From IMG/VR virus record IMGVR_UViG_2703718772_000011: a stretch of DNA of 64,000 nucleotides; one strand, written 5' to 3'. The notes under the pieces were generated by a model. That model ran no database searches. It worked only from the letters and a program-made list of their open reading frames with translations, and had not been told where the DNA came from. The position numbers and the translations under genes are program-made. Below, piece after piece: positions 48,259 through 56,891 of the stretch; position 1 is the first letter of the stretch; each line of letters begins with the position of its first letter. The DNA comes from a virus (taxonomy: Duplodnaviria; Heunggongvirae; Uroviricota; Caudoviricetes).

Positions 48259-49026
48259 ATGGACGATTTATCGGTATACGCGAGATCATTGGATAAGGCT
48301 AAATACTATGTTTACTGTCTCTATGATACAGAAGACAAGATGAAAAGACCGTTTTACATAGGAAAAGGCAAATCGACTCGTTGTCTCGATCACATCAAGT
48401 ATCCCGATGACTCTCCCAAATCCATGCGGATCAAAGAACTTTTGGCTAATAAAAAATTAGGCATAGATATACTTCGTCATGGTATGGATGAAACCACAGC
48501 CAAACTTGTTGAGGCGACATGCATCGACCTTATGGGGGTCGGAGAGCTTACGAATAAGGTACGAGGAAGTGGTTCCATGATGGGCAGAATATCACTGGAC
48601 GCCTACCATCACTTAGTGCTGCAAGAGGAAACTGAAATTGCTCCTGAGCACGCCGGTCTTGCCTTCCTGCTAAACAGCACCTACAAGTCAGGAATGTCCG
48701 CTCTGGCATTATATGAAGCTACGCGTGGCGTATGGGCAAAGGTTCCAAGAGACGAGAATCTCAAATATGCCTACGCTACATATGGTGGGCTGATAATGGA
48801 AGTTTATCAGATTGAATGCTGGGTCAAAGCCGGTTCTCAGCAGTACTTTACAAGGGATATAGCTCTTGGCCCCGACACAAAACGTTATGAATTTGTTGGC
48901 AGAATAGCCGATGAGCATATTAGAAAACTGTATGTAGGCAAATTAATCAAGAAGCCACCAAGCTACGGTAGCCCTTTTGTGAAGGTTGGGGTGGTTAGGA
49001 CTGAACATAGTGTTAGCGCGGCATAA
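48259..49026 (+). CDS. GIY-YIG nuclease domain protein
   Basis: N-terminal YYVYCLYDTEDKMKRPFYIGKGKSTRCLDH fits the GIY-(x10-11)-YIG...R...H pattern. Confidence 0.6.
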   Translation: MDDLSVYARSLDKAKYYVYCLYDTEDKMKRPFYIGKGKSTRCLDHIKYPDDSPKSMRIKELLANKKLGIDILRHGMDETTAKLVEATCIDLMGVGELTNKVRGSGSMMGRISLDAYHHLVLQEETEIAPEHAGLAFLLNSTYKSGMSALALYEATRGVWAKVPRDENLKYAYATYGGLIMEVYQIECWVKAGSQQYFTRDIALGPDTKRYEFVGRIADEHIRKLYVGKLIKKPPSYGSPFVKVGVVRTEHSVSAA

Positions 49027-49078
49027 AGCTGACACTGTAGTTATGCATTGGCGCAATGTACGCGCCAATGCATGATTT

Positions 49079-49438
49079 TTAACCTTTCTTCATCAACTCT
49101 CGTTTGATTTCATCGGTACGCATCGTGACATCGGCAGCGGTGATCGCCTCATTCAATTTCACGATGTCCTCGATTTCCTGCGGTGACTTCTCTGCCAGAT
49201 GGAAAATGGCTGCTCGAATCACGTCAGAACGAGTGAACTTCTCGAAGCGAGGGATGAACTTCATCATCTCCAGCAGTTCGAAGTATTCGTCCTCCAGTGA
49301 CATTGTGCGGCTTTTAATTTTCTCTTTGCCACGAGTCGGGCGTCCCTGTGGTCTGACTGGTTGGCGCAAAGGAGTTGTGTTCTTAGCCGGTGCATCAGGC
49401 TCTTTGCGCTTTGCTAGGTCACCCATTTTCATGGACAT
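49079..49438 (-). CDS. putative partition adaptor / centromere-binding protein (ParG/ParB-like)
   Basis: Small basic protein immediately downstream of parA; assignment by context only. Confidence 0.4.
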   Translation of the reverse strand: MSMKMGDLAKRKEPDAPAKNTTPLRQPVRPQGRPTRGKEKIKSRTMSLEDEYFELLEMMKFIPRFEKFTRSDVIRAAIFHLAEKSPQEIEDIVKLNEAITAADVTMRTDEIKRELMKKG

Positions 49439-50106
49439 TATTCTTCTTCCTCCAGACTCAACAGATAATCTACAAATTCTTCAAACTCGGCTTCCGCCTT
49501 CTTGTCGCGTTCGCTACCGGTCATTTCAAAGATAGAACGACCTGACTCTTCCGCATCATCGTAGACGTTGCGGTTATATAGATTGACTGGCGCAGACTCG
49601 ATGCCGAACGTCTCGACAATCTCTTTAGCCGCCAGAATGCGAGACACTTGTGATGGCAAAGCCGGGCACTGGTTCATGACCGCGCGGACCTTCACTTTAT
49701 CGTTTACATTGCGAACATTGTCGATAATAGGATCGATGTCACGTAAAGATTTCAAATCACGACGCTTAGGACGCAGCGGGATAATGATAACGTCAGCCAT
49801 CAGCATCGCTTGTCGCTGAATTTCGGAGTCGAAGCCACCAGCATCTACCACTACAAACTCAGCTCTACCCTGAAGCGATTTTAGGTGCTTAATGATGTCA
49901 TCCTGAACGTATGCAAAAGGAATCAGCTCAAGGTCTTCGTTCTGTCGACGGTCTTCACACCAGCTCGTTGTCGTGCGCTGAATATCTATATCGGTAATAT
50001 AAACCTTCTTCTTCTTTTTGACTTTCAGGCAAACGGCAATTTGCTGGGCAACGGTGGATTTGCCAGGCCCGCCCTTTGTGCCGCCAACCACAAAGATCTT
50101 GGTCAT
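49438..50106 (-). CDS. parA: ParA/ParF-type partition ATPase
   Basis: Deviant Walker A GGTKGGPGKST; 222 aa small ParA. Confidence 0.85.
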   Translation of the reverse strand: MTKIFVVGGTKGGPGKSTVAQQIAVCLKVKKKKKVYITDIDIQRTTTSWCEDRRQNEDLELIPFAYVQDDIIKHLKSLQGRAEFVVVDAGGFDSEIQRQAMLMADVIIIPLRPKRRDLKSLRDIDPIIDNVRNVNDKVKVRAVMNQCPALPSQVSRILAAKEIVETFGIESAPVNLYNRNVYDDAEESGRSIFEMTGSERDKKAEAEFEEFVDYLLSLEEEE

Positions 50107-50424
50107 TGGAGAGTTCCCTTTGCGTATATAATTATCGTCTGAAACAACTTGTTTTCTTATATGTGATATAGCCTAAATGCCTACGGCTGCGGTGTAAAGG
50201 TTAAATGGTAGGTTGTGATTAACAATTGGCAATCATAGCTTGTATTTGTCTGTTGAAAAAAGTAACAATGACCTCTATATTACAAGTACGGTGATATGCC
50301 GTACACAATTTGATAATGCACACGTAATGGGCTATAGCCTTTTAAAGTAATTTTTGAGTCGAAAACTCAGTTTGAACAGAGGAGATTGATGGCCTTCCTT
50401 CATCACGGCCATCAGGAGGAATAC

Positions 50425-50694
50425 ATGTCAGCACTAAAAAAGCAGCGCATCGATTTGAGATTAACCGATGACGATAAAAGCATCATCGAGGAAGCTGCCG
50501 CAATGTCTAACCAGAGCATTACTCAGTTTATGGTTAGCAGTGCATCTGAACGTGCCGTGAAAGTTATAGAGCAACACCGTAGACTAGTTCTGAATGAAGA
50601 ATCCTGGAATCTGGTTATGGACGCTATAAGCAATCCTCCGGCACCGAACGACAAGCTGAAACGAGCTGCTGATCGTCTGAAAAGCATGGAGTAG
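50425..50694 (+). CDS. DUF1778-type antitoxin (TacA/AtaR-like)
   Basis: Start at Met after AGGAGG RBS; RLTDDDKSIIEEAAAMSNQSITQFMVSSA...EQHRRLVL typical of antitoxins paired with GNAT toxins. Confidence 0.75.
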   Translation: MSALKKQRIDLRLTDDDKSIIEEAAAMSNQSITQFMVSSASERAVKVIEQHRRLVLNEESWNLVMDAISNPPAPNDKLKRAADRLKSME

Positions 50695-50701
50695 TTTACT
50701 C

Positions 50702-51223
50702 GTGAGCAATACAACGATAGAGATTTTCTCTGGAGAGAAAGATTATGATCTAAACGGTTTTGATTGCGGCGAAGAGTCACTAAACGCCTTTTTAGCCAAC
50801 CACTTAAAAAGGCAGCATGAGGGAAAAATTCTTCGTGCTTATGTGCTTTGCACTCAAGAAGAAAGGCCAAAAGTGTTAGGATATTACACTTTGTCAGGTA
50901 GTTGTTTTGAAAAGGAGTCCTTACCTTCAAGAAGCAAACAAAAGAAGGTTCCTTATCGGAATGTTCCAAGTGTTACTTTGGGTAGGCTGGCTTTGGACAA
51001 GTCCCTTCAAGGTCAAGGATTTGGCTCAATGCTTGTAACACATGCAATGCGCGTTGTGTACAATGCATCTCTTGCTGTAGGCATTCATGGACTTTTCGTT
51101 GAGGCGTTAAATGACAAAGCCAAGGCGTTTTATAAAAGTTTAGGCTTTATCCAGCTGGTTGGTAACAACGAGCGTTCTTTGTTCTATCCTACAAAATCTA
51201 TCGAAAAATTGTTCGAAGAATAA
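50702..51223 (+). CDS. GNAT-family acetyltransferase toxin (TacT/AtaT-like)
   Basis: GTG start 8 nt after antitoxin stop; FDCG motif and GNAT core (QGQGFGSMLV). Confidence 0.75.
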   Translation: MSNTTIEIFSGEKDYDLNGFDCGEESLNAFLANHLKRQHEGKILRAYVLCTQEERPKVLGYYTLSGSCFEKESLPSRSKQKKVPYRNVPSVTLGRLALDKSLQGQGFGSMLVTHAMRVVYNASLAVGIHGLFVEALNDKAKAFYKSLGFIQLVGNNERSLFYPTKSIEKLFEE

Positions 51224-51255
51224 TGTGTTCCCCTCATTTGAGGGGAACTTCGACA

Positions 51256-51471
51256 TCACCAACCACAAACCCTCTCTCCCATCGTATTGTGAAAAAGGAT
51301 TTGGCGTTCGGTTTCTTCAGTCATTACATCATTATTGCTGATATAGATAGGCTCAGCCCCATCGCAGAACAACACGCTGGCTGTTTGTGGTTTAATGACG
51401 CACCCACTTATCATACAACTCACGATGAACGGCAGAAGCATCTTTCTGACGTATTTTACTGCTCGTCTCAT
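51256..51471 (-). CDS. o-spanin (outer-membrane lipoprotein, Rz1-like)
   Basis: Signal peptide plus lipobox MISGC; C-terminal Cys; embedded in alternate frame overlapping the i-spanin gene. Confidence 0.6.
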   Translation of the reverse strand: MRRAVKYVRKMLLPFIVSCMISGCVIKPQTASVLFCDGAEPIYISNNDVMTEETERQILFHNTMGERVCGW

Positions 51472-51643
51472 TCACCACTTTCACTGTGTTTTGAAGTCGT
51501 TTTCTGTCTTCCTGTTTTGCCTTCTCTTCCATTGCTCGTCGCGCCGCATTCCCGCCCATCGTGTAAGCGCCGACAAGAACGAAAAGAACGGCAGCCAGCG
51601 TAATCAAAGCAACTTTTAGCTTTGTCATCAGGCTGCCTAGCAT
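51392..51643 (-). CDS. i-spanin (Rz-like)
   Basis: N-terminal TM helix then charged helical region; overlaps o-spanin ORF by 80 nt. Confidence 0.6.
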   Translation of the reverse strand: MLGSLMTKLKVALITLAAVLFVLVGAYTMGGNAARRAMEEKAKQEDRKRLQNTVKVVNETSSKIRQKDASAVHRELYDKWVRH

Positions 51644-51644
51644 A

Positions 51645-52364
51645 TTAGACCATCCCTTTCTGGTGTTTTCTTACCTGCGACCAGGCAATGAATCCTGCCA
51701 CAACAATAGTGGCAATACCGAAGATGATGCGTACTGTATCCCCGCTAGAGATATGACCTTGTGCTTTATCCATAGCAGCGGAAACCTGCGGCATAACATC
51801 GGCCAGCTGCGCCAGACCAATACCTGCTGTAACAGTTGCGCCTGCGGTTTCTTTAGTTACAGGAACAGCCTTCACGGTTTTCACCGGCTTAACAACGCCA
51901 GCTCGACGCAGACCTTCCTCAATAACTTCTGCCGCATACCAGGTGTTCAGCGTTTTTAGCGGGCCTCGGCCATTCTCGTGGCGAATGATTGCCTCAACCA
52001 AAGGTCGAAGGATGTCGTAATCATGCAGATCGATGATCATGTCTGCGGTTACACCAACGGCTTTAGACACCTCATTAATGTAGGCGTCAGTATTGTTTTC
52101 ATTCGGCGGTGCCCAGCGTTCAATAACTTCACGAATGGTATCGATACTTGTGCCGTCTTTTGCGCGACGTTTATCGTGGTAGGTAATTAGAGTCACCGCC
52201 AGCGCACGAATCCCCCAAACAGGGTCTTTAAACGTGCAAAAGCGCGGTTCGTCTGGATTCGCAACCAGACCTTGCCACGGTGATCCTTTATCAAGATTAC
52301 CGGGGTTATTATTACGAATGCCTCTCGGAGTCTTCATCCTTGATCTCCTGTTATTGCAGTCCAC
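51645..52364 (-). CDS. lysis-cassette protein with C-terminal TM anchor (candidate muralytic enzyme)
   Basis: GIRNNNPGNL motif near N-terminus, C-terminal hydrophobic helix; function inferred from position. Confidence 0.45.
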   Translation of the reverse strand: MDCNNRRSRMKTPRGIRNNNPGNLDKGSPWQGLVANPDEPRFCTFKDPVWGIRALAVTLITYHDKRRAKDGTSIDTIREVIERWAPPNENNTDAYINEVSKAVGVTADMIIDLHDYDILRPLVEAIIRHENGRGPLKTLNTWYAAEVIEEGLRRAGVVKPVKTVKAVPVTKETAGATVTAGIGLAQLADVMPQVSAAMDKAQGHISSGDTVRIIFGIATIVVAGFIAWSQVRKHQKGMV

Positions 52365-52686
52365 TTTTTACGCCATACGCGGCTAACCCCAAAAGCAGTG
52401 CGGTAATAATGAACGACGTTATTTTAGAAACAATGCCGCCAAAGAACCCACTTGAGATGGAATCTAACCGGTTAAGGAGTTTGTCCAGATTGGAGTGTTG
52501 AATACTATGTTGCGCCGGGGTCATATCACCAAAGTAGGTTTTCAGCTGATCATTGACCTCCTGGCCAATTTCTTCACGTAGCTCTTTACCTAATTTGCCA
52601 ACAACCTCCCGAGCAACGATCGCGGCAATACGCTCAACTTGCTCTGTTGTAACGCCCGCCATCTCGTTCGACATGTTTTCCTCCAT
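52351..52686 (-). CDS. membrane protein (holin candidate)
   Basis: 111 aa with C-terminal TM helix, first gene of the lysis cluster. Confidence 0.4.
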   Translation of the reverse strand: MEENMSNEMAGVTTEQVERIAAIVAREVVGKLGKELREEIGQEVNDQLKTYFGDMTPAQHSIQHSNLDKLLNRLDSISSGFFGGIVSKITSFIITALLLGLAAYGVKSGLQ

Positions 52687-52876
52687 GAAAAGTCAAATCG
52701 GGATGGCGGATTTATATCACACTTCCCCTTTCAATTATAGGTATATACTTACCTATCTATGCATATACCGTTTAACGGCTGTTCAAATTCGTATCTAGTA
52801 ACTCACTAATATATCCCTATGATTGCGGCTGTGAGATCGCATTTTAAACCTCACAGCCATATAAATAATGTCTAAA

Positions 52877-53119
52877 TCAGTTACTTGTTGCCCCAACAGT
52901 ACCTGCAAATTTCAGCCATTGACCTGACGGACTTCTATTACTACGGTAGTGATAAACGAGGATTGCGTTTGTAACTCCACCGTAGTCAGCTTTATGTGAC
53001 GTTGTTAAACGAATTGTATAATCACCGTTAGGTAGATTAAAAACTTCGATTATAGATTCTGCTAATTCTACAGCACCAAATCCCGTTATATTGTTGATAC
53101 TGCCAGCATTGAATCCCAT
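52877..53119 (-). CDS. small beta-rich protein downstream of tail fibre (possible fibre accessory protein)
   Basis: 80 aa ORF in the position of lambda tfa; weak RBS. Confidence 0.4.
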   Translation of the reverse strand: MGFNAGSINNITGFGAVELAESIIEVFNLPNGDYTIRLTTSHKADYGGVTNAILVYHYRSNRSPSGQWLKFAGTVGATSN

Positions 53120-53150
53120 AGCATCGCCAAAGCCAATCCAATAACTTTTG

Positions 53151-56100
53151 CTAAACGCCCCATTTGATTTTAGGTGGGGATATGGACAAACTCATGCCCA
53201 TATCCCCACCTGAAACAGAGGAAGTTCGCACAGTCATGCTTGGAAGAGCACTGCTCTTCACATAGGAACTTAGAAGGTTTGTTACCTCTGTTTTCGTATA
53301 AGCATTAACATTAGCCGCAGTCAAAGTTATATCGGCAGAGCCATCAAACGCCACACCAGCAATTTTCCTTGCTGTCTGCAATTTTGTGGCGGTGGCAGCA
53401 TTACCAGTAGTGTTCTGATTACCGGTTGTATTCACACCAGGTATTGAATCCTTAGCGGTATATACCTGCGCCCACGCTGACCATTCCGAACCTACGGTAT
53501 CTCTTCGTGAGCGAATGAAAACTGGCGCATGTGCACCGCTCGTACCACTCCAGCCAATAAGCAACTCTCCCTCACCAGAAGCACTCGCACCTTTCATGTG
53601 CAATACGTTGCCATACATGGTCGGGTAGCTATTGTTGTACGCCTCATACATTTGAATGCCAGCAGTGCCTTGAGTAGAGCCGCTTAACGCCGTAACTCGG
53701 CCACGAGATACCAATGTATTAATATTGATATCGCCTGAACCATCAAACTTAACACCATTGATGTTTCTCGCTGTTTGCAACTTCGTAGCTGTTGAAGCAT
53801 TACCGTTCAAACTACCATTTACGCCACCAGTAACATTTAGTCCATTACCAATGGACACAGCACCGCTGGTATTATTAATTATAATAGGTCGCAAACCGTT
53901 CCATGAACCTAATGTGTTTCCTGATGCTGTTAGCATGAAATATGTGTTCGATCCATCATTACGGATAAAGAACCCAAAGCTACCGTAAGCAATGCGGAAA
54001 CCATTTGCATATTTTGAAACGATCTCACCAGAAGACGTTAATCCGCCAGTTAACGCTCCTCCAGATAGTGGTAAAGCTCCGACATCAGCCGCAGTAGGCT
54101 TGTTTTTAGTGTTATACGCTCTGCGCCATCCTGGTGAATAGCTCGTCCCGTTAAATACATAGATAAACTCCGCATTAGTGAGAGCACCAGAGACACTCGT
54201 CGTTGTGGCCGTTGTTATTCGAATGGTGTAATAAGTTGCACTGTGGCTGAATACTTCTATCACCGCCCCCGCAAGTGGAATAACGCCACAACCAGTTTCA
54301 CTATTTGGTATGGTTGCGCTATTGGCATAGGCCCACGCACATCGAGCAATCCATGACTTTGTGTTAAATGCTCCATTATTTTGCAATAACGTCACTAACT
54401 GTGCTGTTGTTATTGCTCCGCCATTACTTCCTGTAGTTAACCAACCAGTAGGAGATGCCGGGCAACCTATATTTGTTGGCGACAAGGAAATATTTGCCGA
54501 GCCGTCAAACGACACCCCATTGATAGTACGCGCAGTCTGCAACTTCGTAGCAGTAGCCGCGTTGCCCGTTGTATTCTGATTACCAGTCGTATTAACACCT
54601 GGCAAATTAATATTCGCAGTACCATCAAAGCTCACGCCGCCGATAGTTCTTGCCGTCTGAAGTTTTGTAGCAGTTGCAGCATTACCAGTGGTGTTCTGAT
54701 TACCCGTAGTATTTACACCTGGAAGGTTGATATTTGCAGAACCGTCGAAACCAACTCCACCGATAGATCTTGCCGTCTGCAATTTCGTTGCTGTACTCGC
54801 ATTGCCATTCAATGAACCAGTTAATCCACCAGTAACAGACAACGGACCTGAAACCGTCCCTCCTGATGTTGATAATGCACCTATATCCGATGGCGTAGGT
54901 TTGTATTTTGTATTGTAGTCTCGTCGCCAGCCAGGAGCGTAAGCATCACCATGATTAATATAAGTGAATTGAGCGTTAGTGATTCCGCCATCGACGGAAG
55001 TGCTTGGTGTTGTTACACGGATGGTCATGGCACCTTTATGGCCCATAACTTCAATAACGCAACCCGCAAGGTGAATAAGTCCACATCCGGTGTCAGTAAT
55101 AATTTTATTATTGCCGTATGACCATGAGCATTTACACATCCAGTATGGATGATTGAAGGCCCACTGAGATTCCAGCCATTCAATAAATTGCGCCGTCGTC
55201 CAGTTTCCTGCACCTGTGCTAATAGAGCCATGAAAAGAGCGGCAAGCACCTATTGTTTGCGTAAATTTATCTTTGTTTGGAATATCTGCGCCATTCTGAT
55301 TCTTCGCCAATCGGCTATTCGCATTGTCATTCGCAGCTTTAACTGCCTTTGGAGTTGCAGCCAGTGATTCGCTGGTGCTATCGACAGCACTGCTAAGTTT
55401 CACAACACCTTTAGTTGTAAGGCTTGCGTCTTCCATCGCAACTGCACCGGCAATCTCTTCAGCACGATCAGCGGCAGCTTCTGCACGGGTCGCAGCGGAT
55501 TCAGCAGCAGTTTTGCTCTGAGATGCAGCCGTCGCACTGCCTGCCGCCTCTGTTGCTTTCGTGGATGCCGCCGTGGCGCTGCCCTTCGCTGCTGACGCCT
55601 GTCTGGTCGCCTCATCTTTTGAAGCAGACGCAGATGATGCCGATGACGCTGCCGAACTGGCGGACGATGCGGCTGCCGTTTTTGAGGATTCTGCACGGGT
55701 TTCCGACGCTTTCGCGTTCGTTTCGGATGTCTTCGCTGCGGAAGCAGACCTCGCTGCTGCGCTGGCCTGTTCAGTGGCTTGGCCAGCCTTCGTTGTGGCT
55801 GTTGAAGCAGACGATGCGGCACTTTCTGCCGATTTTCCGGCGGCGGTGGCACTGGCTGAGGCCTGCCCGGCACTTGTTGACGCGGCACTGGCAGACGACG
55901 CAGCCGCTGTTTTTGAGCCTGCCGCAGCCGAGGCACTCTGTCCCGCTGCCGTTTCAGAAGACCTGGCGTTCGTCTCGGACGTTTTTGCCGCCTTCGCGGA
56001 ATTTCCTGCCGCCGTTGCCGAGGAAGCGGCATTACTGGCGCTCGAGGCTGCGCTCGTTTCTGATGATTTCGCTGCCTCTTTTGAGGCCGCCGCATCCCGG

Positions 56101-56798
56101 GCTGAGGTGGCAGCTTCTGACGCCTTCGTGGTCGCGGTGGATGCAGAAGTGGCTGCAGATTTTTGTGACGCTGCAGCATTCGTTTCAGATTTTTTCGCAG
56201 CAGTTGCACTCGCACTTGCGGCACTTTGTGAGGATGCCGCAGCGGATGCACTTTGAGACGCTTGAGAGGCTTTTTCTCCAGCGGCATTGGCGCTTTTTGC
56301 TGCTGCGGCAGCACTGGCCGCCGCCTCACGAGCTTTGTCGCCAGCAGCATCAATCGCGTCAGTGTTATTTTTATACCACTCAACGTTTTCGTTGTGCTCG
56401 TTGACGATCTGCATTAGCGGCTTAACGGTCACTTCTGTACCGTCTTCACGCTCGATTGTCACCTCATCCAGCGCAGTCAACCAACTGCGCATGGACTTGG
56501 AATCAGCCGACATACGCGACATTAGCGCAGTAAAGCGCGCGCTAAACTGTGTTAAGTCGCCTTCATAGGTCGTAATGATTCGGCACGGAACTTCAGACTG
56601 AGTTTCGCCGGTATAAGGTTCTGAGAGAACAATATTCGTATCGCTTGTTACGCGCTTGATCTCATACAGCTTATTGTCGGGGCCAATGACGATCATCCCC
56701 GGCAACACACCATTAGCTGTTACGTTCCAGGCTGTCCCTGCCCCAACCAGAGTATTGCTACCCTGTGTAAATGTGATAGTACCTTCCCTGTACCACAT
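53151..56798 (-). CDS. tail fibre protein
   Basis: 1215 aa; Ala/Ser-rich low-complexity region, repeated NAATATKLQTAR-I-GV-FDGSANI units; follows the J-like gene as in lambda. Confidence 0.85.
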   Translation of the reverse strand: MWYREGTITFTQGSNTLVGAGTAWNVTANGVLPGMIVIGPDNKLYEIKRVTSDTNIVLSEPYTGETQSEVPCRIITTYEGDLTQFSARFTALMSRMSADSKSMRSWLTALDEVTIEREDGTEVTVKPLMQIVNEHNENVEWYKNNTDAIDAAGDKAREAAASAAAAAKSANAAGEKASQASQSASAAASSQSAASASATAAKKSETNAAASQKSAATSASTATTKASEAATSARDAAASKEAAKSSETSAASSASNAASSATAAGNSAKAAKTSETNARSSETAAGQSASAAAGSKTAAASSASAASTSAGQASASATAAGKSAESAASSASTATTKAGQATEQASAAARSASAAKTSETNAKASETRAESSKTAAASSASSAASSASSASASKDEATRQASAAKGSATAASTKATEAAGSATAASQSKTAAESAATRAEAAADRAEEIAGAVAMEDASLTTKGVVKLSSAVDSTSESLAATPKAVKAANDNANSRLAKNQNGADIPNKDKFTQTIGACRSFHGSISTGAGNWTTAQFIEWLESQWAFNHPYWMCKCSWSYGNNKIITDTGCGLIHLAGCVIEVMGHKGAMTIRVTTPSTSVDGGITNAQFTYINHGDAYAPGWRRDYNTKYKPTPSDIGALSTSGGTVSGPLSVTGGLTGSLNGNASTATKLQTARSIGGVGFDGSANINLPGVNTTGNQNTTGNAATATKLQTARTIGGVSFDGTANINLPGVNTTGNQNTTGNAATATKLQTARTINGVSFDGSANISLSPTNIGCPASPTGWLTTGSNGGAITTAQLVTLLQNNGAFNTKSWIARCAWAYANSATIPNSETGCGVIPLAGAVIEVFSHSATYYTIRITTATTTSVSGALTNAEFIYVFNGTSYSPGWRRAYNTKNKPTAADVGALPLSGGALTGGLTSSGEIVSKYANGFRIAYGSFGFFIRNDGSNTYFMLTASGNTLGSWNGLRPIIINNTSGAVSIGNGLNVTGGVNGSLNGNASTATKLQTARNINGVKFDGSGDININTLVSRGRVTALSGSTQGTAGIQMYEAYNNSYPTMYGNVLHMKGASASGEGELLIGWSGTSGAHAPVFIRSRRDTVGSEWSAWAQVYTAKDSIPGVNTTGNQNTTGNAATATKLQTARKIAGVAFDGSADITLTAANVNAYTKTEVTNLLSSYVKSSALPSMTVRTSSVSGGDMGMSLSISPPKIKWGV
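53172..53211. repeat. perfect 14-bp inverted repeat inside the last 20 codons of the tail-fibre gene (aggtggggatatgg-N12-ccatatccccacct)
   Basis: Read directly; encodes GDMGMSLSISPP. Confidence 0.8.
55388..56363 (-). repeat. GC-rich low-complexity coding repeat (Ala/Ser/Thr-rich segment of tail fibre)
   Basis: Generates long spurious ORFs in other frames on both strands. Confidence 0.8.
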
Positions 56799-56891
56799 GT
56801 TGAATATGCTCCTTGATTTGGCGGGCTATCCTTGCCCGCCATTAAGTAATTACTTACCTATTTTTACCGATATAAAATTTTTTTTCCACCA

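Noticed and set aside
53151-53211. Programmed ribosomal frameshift joining the tail fibre to the downstream 80-aa ORF
   Set aside because: All frames hit stops within the hairpin region and no slippery heptamer is evident; only a non-canonical +1 event would work, so it is not claimed.
55400-56404. Long ORFs in other frames and on the plus strand inside the tail-fibre gene (55400..56383 minus, 55424..56404 plus, 55561..56256 plus)
   Set aside because: They lie entirely within the GC-rich Ala/Ser-repeat region of a well-supported 1215-aa fibre ORF and translate to Pro/Arg- or Ala-only low-complexity sequence; stop-free by composition, not genes.
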